The position numbers were made by a program, and so were the translations under genes. Below the pieces are notes generated by a model, which saw only the letters and a list, made by a program, of their open reading frames with translations, made no database searches and had not been told where the DNA came from. A stretch of 64,000 bases of DNA from Selaginella moellendorffii (taxonomy: Eukaryota > Plantae > Lycopodiophyta): assembly GCF_000143415.4 (NCBI RefSeq), contig NW_003314291.1, positions 1,834,121-1,898,120 on the forward strand, read 5' to 3'. Shown piece by piece: positions 40,930 through 49,357 of this stretch. The first letter of the stretch is position 1. The number at the start of each line of letters is the position of its first letter.

Positions 40930-41110
40930 GTACTCGCGCTCGCATCACACTCGCGCTCCCACTCGCATCACACTCGCGCTCCCGCTCGCATCGCGCTCCC
41001 ACTCGCGATCACGCTCACTTCTCTACAGGTTTCTCGTGTGCATCGGCGTCCACTCGCGCTTGCATCACACTCGCGCTCGCATCGCGCTCGTGTGCATCGG
41101 CGTCCACTTC
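40930..41110. repeat. CpG-rich low-complexity repeats (CACTCGCGCTC / GCATC units) upstream of the cargo gene
   Basis: Repeated cactcgcgctc(c/g)ca and tcgtgtgcatcggcgtccact x2; similar gctcgc-rich sequence at 38915-38996. Confidence 0.75.
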
Positions 41111-41316
41111 AAGACACACCCAGTTTGTAACTTCGCCGCCAACTCCGCCGCCCACTCCACCACCCACACGCAGCCCACTTGGCGTCCCGGGAGATTTCAG
41201 CACCACTCTCCAACTGTAAGTGGCAGAGTAGCCTTGCTGCTACGATCCGCTGCACACACAGTGCACATTTGCCAGCGAGTCCGGCCTCGATTGTCACGGC
41301 CTCCATTCGGCTTCAA

Positions 41317-44300
41317 ATGGTAAGTCTTTTAGACGAAGTAGAAAATGGCATGAGGCCACATGCCATTCAGTAGCAACATTGGCATGCACCGATTGGGCTC
41401 TCGAGTGCAGTCCGGTTACAGATGGCGTGTAGCCTCACGCCATCTTAGGATGCAGCCTCAAGACATCTGATGCAGTGGTGAATGGCGTGTGGCCTCACGT
41501 TATTTCCAGCTGCTAGCTTTTCATCTGTCAGCTCTAATTGTTGTGCATTTTTGAACAGGCGAGGAATTGCGTTCTTCTTCCAGCCACTGTCAATGTGGAT
41601 GCAGAGAAGGGGGAGGAGCTCACCAGTTGGACTTTCGGGATGGAAGGCGAGGATCTGATGCTGTACAACACAGATGGTGGGAGAAAAGAATGCATGGGGA
41701 TCCTCATCCAAGTGACAGACACTCCATGCAGTTCCATGCAAGAATATGGACTGGCACTTGTGGTAGAGACAGCGTCCGCCTTCAAGATCCACCTTGCACA
41801 TCCTAGCGGCTTCCCGGAGGGGGGCAGCGGCTATGAGGAATTCCTAGAGGGAGCTAGGGAGAGGTTGTCCAGGAGGCCCACAATTTCAAAGACGCTGCGG
41901 GTCTATGAAGATCACATGGAATCCACGGACCTCACCTACGGCGATGTTCAAAAACTATATTCCAACATTGAGCCGTTGAGAGTGCCTCCAGTTTGCGAAG
42001 CGAAGGGGAAGGGGGTCGATCTGGAAACTACCCCGAAGCAGAAAAGGGTGGTCAAGCTCAAGCCGACGTCCGACTCTGCTGCTCCAAAAAAGAAGCTACT
42101 CGGTGATGCCATTGCCTCGGGTTTGAACACTACACCCACCAAAAAGAAGAGCCGCAAAGAGCAGAAAGAGCAAGAAGAGGCAGCAAAAATCGTCGCAGAT
42201 AATAGTACTTGTTACTATTCCAACAAAGTATATACAATCGACGTGAGCCGTATCGAGATCCAAAGCAAATACAACCACAGGCTAGTATCTGATGAGTGGG
42301 TGGAGAAACTGAAGCAGAAGATGCTGGCAAGTCCAGTAACACCCGACATCGCAGACGTGATCCCCTACTACCGAACAATGAAGGGCGAGACGAGGTTTCC
42401 AGACTTGATCAATAGGAAGGTGTTGGACGATCAGAACATCCGGTTCTATGCCGTCTCTGGGCAGCATTCTAGCTTGGCGATGCAAGAGATAGTTGTGGAT
42501 ATTATGGTGGGCGAGGAGGTGAAGAAAGTCTTCAAGACAAGAGTTGTCCGCCTGATAAAAGGCAACTCGCCCCTCCGATCTATCATATACATCTCCCACG
42601 CGCAGAATGTCAAGCAAGAAACGTGCTACAAATCGGGTCTGCACGAGACATTGGCACGAACACGGAAGCTCTGGGTTCAACTAAAGAAGCCACAAAAACC
42701 AGGACAAGGACGTGCACTAGCAACTAACGCCTGGCAGGTAAGCCTCGTTGTATGTGGCATAGCATGTGGCCTCACGCCATTTCCATTGCAGGAATTCTCG
42801 AGTCTTCTCTCGAAAACACTGGGGGTCAATGACACACTCAGCATCCATAACATTCTACTCGCGACAAAAGTTGTTTTTGACAAATGGGTAGATGTGCTAA
42901 GGAGGTACCATGACGGGGAGTTGCTAAACTCAATGGGTGTGGAGGACGGCCGGAAGCCCAATGATTTGAAGCTCAACGCCTTGCGTTTCTCGCGGTCTCT
43001 AGACGACGACGACCTTCTGACAGTGGCTAATGCTCTTCTACTTGGTGAGGTAGTCTTCAACAAGACCAAAATGACTCCCGGCCATATTGTGACATACGAG
43101 GACTTGTGCACGACTCTGAGAGCTCGTGCGCTATTGAAGGATTGGATCTTCGAGCAAGTGGCCGTGGCGAGGGTGAGCATCGACACCACGCAAGAGATGA
43201 TGGAAGAGCTGGACTTGTCAAATGAAGACATCGACGAGTACGTGAAGGGGGCCCCCAAGTTCATCGATCTGCTGTGGGATGCCACGAAAAGTAAAGCTGA
43301 GAAGTTGGATCAGTATCCAAATTTCATTAAGAGGGATGTCGACCGCCGGCTTCAGAAACAGCTCGACCCCGCAGCAGAGGCCTATCGAGAACCTTACCGG
43401 GTATACGTGAATTCGGATGAGGATCAAAGGTGGAGGAGCATCGTTTCCCGCGGAGATGAGCAGGTCAAGAACATCTTTTGTGTGATGGACTTCACAAACG
43501 AGGAGATCACTCATGCAGACGAAGTCAGCTCCATCATTGACTTAATGGTGGGACTTGCGGAGGTGGAATCTTCAGTCCACTATATGATCTACGACTCCGA
43601 ATCCTATCACAAGTTCTGGAAGGCCTTGAACGAGGTGAAGGCTCGGTTGAAAGGCAAGGAGATGCGGGAGATCCATGGGATAATGGCTAAGAAGAAGATA
43701 CCGACGAATGTCCGCATCTTCACAGTCGCCCTTGTTATTGGTCCTGCAGCAGAGTGGGACTGGAGTGACTTCCCAGCTTCGTTCAACAAAGCCGATCGAA
43801 TTGATCTGAGGGAGGTCAATTTACTCGTGCCTGAGGAACTGAAGACGGCTATGGAGCTTTCGAATCCAAAGAAAGCTCCAGGTGCAGCATGGGAAATGCT
43901 CAGCTGGGTCTTCAACGCAATAGCGGGTGACTCCAAGGGCAAATGCGTTGTCGAGTACAACTGCGGCGGACTATTCTTTCGAGCCGCACTACTCAAGGGT
44001 GTCCCGTGTGTTGCGGTGACAAACTCCATTGAAGAGGTGACTTCAATGGAGCATATAATTACAGTTGCCAAAGAAAAACAGTATCTTCTCTACGAACCTG
44101 GTGAGTACGCACTTTAAGTTTAAATGTTATCTCACAAGCTCTGTATGCAGGAGCGTGGCCACCCCCAGATGCTGAAACGGCGTTAACAGCTACTGATGTT
44201 AGGCCGAGGTCACAACCTGCACAAGGTAAGGTCACGTGAGGCCTCACGCCATTTTGATTATAGATTGTTGTGAATATTCAGACACGAGGACTGAAAAGCG

Positions 44301-46886
44301 CACTGGTGGCACGTCGAAGAAGGACAAACAGACAAGCAATAGGAAAAAAGGAGGTACAAATTATATTTGCAATGGCGTGTGGTCTCATGCCATTCCTTGC
44401 AGGAGACACTTCTTCAAAGGCAAAACAGGCAAGCACCAGCCAAGCTCAAACTGACAGTGGTCATAAAAAGCGAAAGCACGTTGGACAGTCGTCGGGATCA
44501 GAGGCGTTTGATTCGAAAAGGAAGAAGGGCAACGAAAAGATGATAGGTAATGCCTCGCGGTTATGGCGTATGTGCTCATGCCATTCATTGCAGATCAAGG
44601 GCTGAGTGAAAGGAGCCAGTCACCACCTTCTGACTCAGATTCCTATGGCGGACTCCCCTTCCCCAATCTCAATGGAGAGGTACAATGGATGAGGGATGCT
44701 TTTCAAGTCAGGGCCACGTTTTTCTCATCTCGTCGTCTTCGAAGGGTGCAAGAACGTGCAGAAACCATGTTAAGACAGTCGGGTGAGGATACGGCCCTAG
44801 GTCACGCACTAAAACAGGCTATGGATGTCTTGTATTTTGAGATGGAGACTCGGCCAGATGATTTTTCCAAGATGGTCCTGGAAAAACAAGCAATCCAGCC
44901 TGAGCAGCCTATGGAAGAAATGCAAGAGGGGGATGAGGAGCCAGAGAAAGATAATGAGCAGGAAGAGCAGAAGGACGAAGAGGAGGACGAAGAAGAGGAG
45001 GACGAAGAGGACTTGGATGGTCCTCACAATGGTGACGATCACAATAACGACGATGACGATGATGACGATGATGGCCAGCCTGAGGTGGCCAAAGAGCAGC
45101 GGAGGAAGGTCATACAAGACAAACCATCAGGTAAATACATCCATTCCTAACCTTTTACCATTTCTAACATTGTCCATGTAGGTCGCAGAGCAAATGGTAA
45201 GTAGAGATTATTCAGTTGAATTAAGATACAAACTCTAGCCTTTAGTGTCGAGGAAGGATAGTGCCAAGCAAGGGTCGAAACGTATGTCCAATCCTTCAGA
45301 ATCAGCAGTGCGCCCAAGTGATATCGGTCCTAGTTCCTCAATAGCAGTTGATGGTAAATACAGTATAGTCGATTCAATGTGCTAATGAGTTTGTTTTTAG
45401 TAGCACGGGAGGATACCATCTCAATCGAAGGGAGATATTTGGACATGCATATGGATCCGCCAGTGGACTCTACTTGCCTGCAAGAGTCATCAGAGCTGGT
45501 GGAGGCTACTATCCATATCAACGCCAAGCAAGCTGACCACGCTCCACTTGATGCTGCCCATACCACTGAGTCAATCTTGTCCACGTATCCAACTGACGGT
45601 GACCAGGCGCCATTGGACCCGCATGAGGCCGCCCCAGCCGCCGAGCCGGTCGTATCCTCATTTCCAACGTGTGCCCAATCGTCTGACTACGCGCCATTGG
45701 AACCTCCCTACACCGCCCCTGCTGCCTGTTCGGTCATGTCCACTTTGCCAACGGAGGCACCAGCTGAAATGGCGTGTGATCACACGCCATCGGAACCACC
45801 CCATGCCACTGTTGAGCCAGTTGTACCAGAGTCTACAGCTGAAATGGCATGTGCCCACACGCCATCGGATGCGATTGACCCCACATTGCAGAGGAGAGTA
45901 TTTCCGCCCTTCACGTTTCCTCGACCAAAACCCTCTGAACGACCATCGGGAGCACCATTCGCTAATATTGTAGATGGTAAAATTGACTTGTACCATTTTT
46001 TATGCTAACGCATTTCATTTCAGAGTCACGGCGAAAGTACTGTATCGTTTTTGATCTGAACGGTGTCCTTTTCTCCCATGAGCGTGGCTCGTCCTCGAAT
46101 GTCACTGCACCCTCCAAAGCCTGCGGTCGCAAGTTGGTCAAAAGAGACAGATTCACATTAATCACACGGGAGAAACTGCGGGATCTAATAATGACCATGC
46201 GACACTTAAAACAGAGGGCCGGGTTCAATTTGCAATTGGGAGTTTGGACATCCATGATGCGCCACAATGCATTAACGTTGCTACAGATGATGCACGATCA
46301 GACGCGAGTAATATTACCATTTGACTTTCTCCTAACGCAGGAGGATTGCTTGACTATGGTCCATGTGAGGGGTAGCAAGCCCATCTTCGTCAAGGCAGAG
46401 GCTGTAGTGATGAACCGGACTGCTAGGTCAAGTGAAATCCTCATCATCGATGACTCGCCGATTAAAACTGCAGCGAACACGCACACATATGCAGTGCACC
46501 CCATCTCTTGCAGTATGGAAACTAGGGAGAAGAAACCGTATGTTCTGGGGGACCTTGCAAAACGGCTTGAAGCGATGGTGATAGAGAACCGGCCAGTCCA
46601 GGAGGTGGCTGCAGAAATCAACCAAATGGCAGATGGAACGGTATATCAGAAGCCATTTGATCGGACAGACACCAGTCATCATTTATGGCATGTATATTGT
46701 CTAGCCAAGCACTATCCGCATCTCCATAATCTGCTCGACCGGATGGGTTCTTCGACCACTGAACATGAGCGTGGACGTATTAGAGAAGAGATGGCATTAC
46801 TATTGGGTTTAAATCCTGATAGTGTGGAGAGTGATGAAATTCCAAGATTATTGTATAGGCGTTGGAGGCAAAAAATAACAGTCTGA
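41317..46886 (+). CDS. Transposon cargo gene(s), multi-exon: ParB/Sulfiredoxin-like domain, degenerate N4/N6 DNA-methyltransferase-like domain, acidic and Pro-rich linkers, FCP1/NIF-type HAD domain
   Basis: ATG at 41317 followed by GT intron to AG at 41558, in frame with the 859-aa ORF. In-frame 54-bp intron at 42738-42791 and more ~50-bp GT-AG introns from 44101. ParB/Srx-like NHRLVSDEWVEKLKQKM...FYAVSGQHSSLAM; MTase-like KCVVEYNCGGLFFRAALLKGVPCVAV; HAD CIVFDLNGVL...VWTSM...LIIDDSPIK. It is uncertain whether this is one gene or two. Confidence 0.7.
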
Positions 46887-47346
46887 GATGGCATGTATTT
46901 ATTTAAAAATGTAACTTATTATGGCATGGGGTTCCATGCCATTGTATTAATATTAAAAGACAATTCTTTGAAAGGATTTGCATTATACTAGAAGTGTTAC
47001 AGCATGTTATTGGAAGTCTACGAAGTTGTTTTATTAATAAGGGGAAAGTAAAGATTGAATGGGGACTTGGGCTCCACCTAGACTCGGAGCAACTGAGCCA
47101 ATATTAAAAGGATGGAAAGAAATTGGACGACGATGACAAGGAGAAGAGAGAGGTGAAGCAGTGAGAAGTGATTGAGTAGACATTTCCTTGTTTAAAATAA
47201 AATGGCATGTGCCTCAATGCAGTTGAATTTTGTTATATTTATATACTATATAAAGGTTTGGAAACCTTATTTTACAAGTGGGATAATGACAATTCCCACT
47301 TTAACGAAATAGAGCTTACAACACCTTGGGGAGTTGGTTCCTTACA

Positions 47347-47856
47347 AGAGTATCCTAAGACCGTTAATTGATTAGAAAAAGTAGTGCACTTTTATTCATA
47401 GGTGTTTTCCCTCTAACCCCCTTATTGATTTTCTCTTGAATTGTTCTCTTTAGCTACTTACAATCTACTATGTTTTCATACAAGTTCACACCCTCATGAA
47501 TAAAAGTTAAGAGTCACAGCTCTCCCGAGAGCCCTACTCTCTTGACACCCTACCCTTTAAGTCGAGCATAGTTGAAGGCAAACTGAACCTACCAAATGTC
47601 AATTTTAACATATGGTGTGATTCTCCTAACCAATCAATAGAGTTGGACCCAAGACCCCTTTAATACCAAATGTAAACTCTTATATTTAAACTTCGAAAGA
47701 GGTTACCTAGCCCAATATTATTCAAACCCAAAAATGCTTAACCCCAAGTATCCCAAAACCTTTAACTAATTGGAAAAGAAGGTGCATTTTTGTTCATGGG
47801 CCCTTTCCTTCTATATTTGGATCATTTTTCAAGTTGTTCTTTTTTATTACTTACAA
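47347..47856 (-). mobile_element. Degenerate Cassandra TRIM copy, truncated on the left
   Basis: Colinear with 7805-8328 (internal gacaccctacccc..gtcgagc, PBS rc ataccaaa, LTR ..attcaaaccca..gcttaaccccaa..) with many C>T/G>A changes. Confidence 0.85.
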
Positions 47857-47889
47857 TTGTAATCATAATGACCATAGTGTTTTCCCTAG

Positions 47890-48259
47890 GGTCATGAAGC
47901 AAAAGATGCACCAAAGGCTAGGATTTAGAGGGTCTCATGAATAAATTTTGTTGTACCAAGGGATGTTAGGAGCTTGGAGGTTTAGTTTTGCTTAGTTGCT
48001 TGTGTTTGTGGGGAGTGTAACCAAACCTTAAGTCCAATCTAACTTAGAGAGAGGGATTGGGAGAGAGTTTCAAAATCCATAGATGGATGGCTAATACCTT
48101 ATTACTCCTGTAGTGGGTAATTGAATCCACATAGAACCAAGTAGGAGCTAATATAATAAACATGAATCTTAGTAAGAGAACTTAACTGAAGCCAAAGCAA
48201 AAGTGGTTGGATTGATGACATAAACTGAAAATTTTGACAAGGAAAACTTATGACTTACA
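47890..48259 (+). repeat. Decayed 3' half of the gypsy-family LTR (as at 28170-28447) ending ...gacttaca, followed by a decayed PBS
   Basis: Shared gatgttagga.c.tggagg, aaaccttaagtcca.tctaac and atggatggctaa. Confidence 0.75.
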
Positions 48260-48274
48260 ATTTAGTATTGGAGT

Positions 48275-48680
48275 ATAAATTTAGGAGCTTATATTCAGTG
48301 TTAAAGAGATCTGAAGTCCAACTCTATTAATTAACTAGGGGAATCACACATTGACATTTAGTGGTTCAATTTGGTCTAGTTGGGCTTGACTAAAGGGGTA
48401 AGGTGTCAAGAGAGCAAAGCTCTTTAGAGAGTTATGCCTCTCAATTTCCATTCACGAAGATGTGAATTTGCAAAGAAACATAGTGGATTGTAAACAACTA
48501 AAGAGAGTAACTCGATAAATAATTCATTAGGGCTCAAATATAGAAAGAAAAGTCCCATGAATAAGAGTACATCCTTTTCCAATTAATTAAATGTCTTAGG
48601 ATATTTAGGGTTATGTGTCCTTGGGTTTGAGTAATATTACACTGAGTGACCTCTTGGGAAGTCCAAATTTAAAAGATTGT
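48275..48680 (+). mobile_element. Degenerate Cassandra TRIM copy, plus strand
   Basis: Internal region plus an LTR carrying 5S-like gtccttgggtttgagtaatattacactgagtgacctcttgggaagtcc (~48617-48664). Confidence 0.8.
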
Positions 48681-48689
48681 ATTATATTG

Positions 48690-49357
48690 ATATGCAAATA
48701 AAATTTGCATATGGATCAGGATAGTGTAAAGAAGTTTGCCAATAAGCACCATCAATTCTAGGAATATAAGGTGGGAGATTTTGTCTTTGTGTGAGCTATC
48801 TTTTTGTCAAGTGAGTAGCATAATACTTTAGTGCCTTTGTGGAATGGGATGAGTGACAAAATTTCTCATAATATGCTGGTCCATATGAAGTGTTCAAGCA
48901 TATTAGTAAGGTAGCTTATTAGGTGTGGCTGCTAGCTAGGGTGAAAATTCATTTAATATTTTATATTAGCCAATTGAAAGGTGTACTATCTTGGAGTGAA
49001 GGGCCTACTGCCTTCTTGTGAATGGTGGCCTAAAAGTTTAAACAGAGTTCCTTAGAAAAGGTTAATCATCGAAACAACTCGTCCTTGGGATGAGGACTTT
49101 GTTGGGGAGAAGAATTGTTAGGTGTCAACTTTGACCATGTAGTCAATGTGGGTCAAAGGGAAACTCAAGGGTATATTAAAGCATGGACTTAGGGACCACA
49201 ATAGAGCAGCAGTATGGTGGAGTTTTTAAGGTAGCTTGAGGATGGTTAAGTGGTGAGGAACCTCAAGAGGAGGTGTAGCATAGCCTAGAGAGGCTAGACC
49301 TATTTGGCTTTGTTATTTAGTGCTGGGTCATGACTGTGCCACCCTCATATTATATTA
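48690..49357 (+). mobile_element. Decayed gypsy integrase C-terminus, PPT and short LTR (from ~49116)
   Basis: Remnant of the GPY...AY.L.LP..vKIHxxFHVSqLK region; ggggagaagaat followed by TGTTAGGTG; inverted homolog at 58201-58870. Confidence 0.7.

Larger units (their letters stand above)
34475..47223. repeat. Dispersed 22-bp palindrome ATGGCRTG-N6-CAYGCCAT, at least 22 copies, confined to the transposon
   Basis: Copy starts: 34475, 34791, 34880, 36703, 36760, 38606, 38676, 38712, 40190, 40269, 40428, 40563, 41345, 41422, 41482, 42759, 44231, 44372, 44563, 45769, 45844, 46921, and a degenerate copy at 47202. Confidence 0.92.
34249..47317. mobile_element. Large TIR DNA transposon (13,069 bp including a 0.6-kb N gap), Sola1-like transposase plus cargo gene
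   Basis: TIRs AAGCTCTATTTCATTAAAGTGGGA (34249-34272) and TCCCACTTTAACGAAATAGAGCTT (47294-47317), 23/24 match. 4-bp TSD ACAA at 34245-34248 and 47318-47321. Removing the element restores the gypsy LTR end (cctttagcctac[a/g]acacct[t/c]ggggagttggttccttaca) seen uninterrupted at 27542-27580. Confidence 0.93.

Noticed and set aside
34475-47223. CRISPR-like array interpretation of the palindromes
   Set aside because: Spacing is irregular (tens of bp to kb), copies lie in introns and exons, there are no uniform spacers or cas genes, and the context is eukaryotic.
27542-47346. One giant element with long terminal inverted repeats
   Set aside because: The inverted ends are LTRs of two diverged gypsy copies, and the flanks (atgcc vs agagt) share no TSD.
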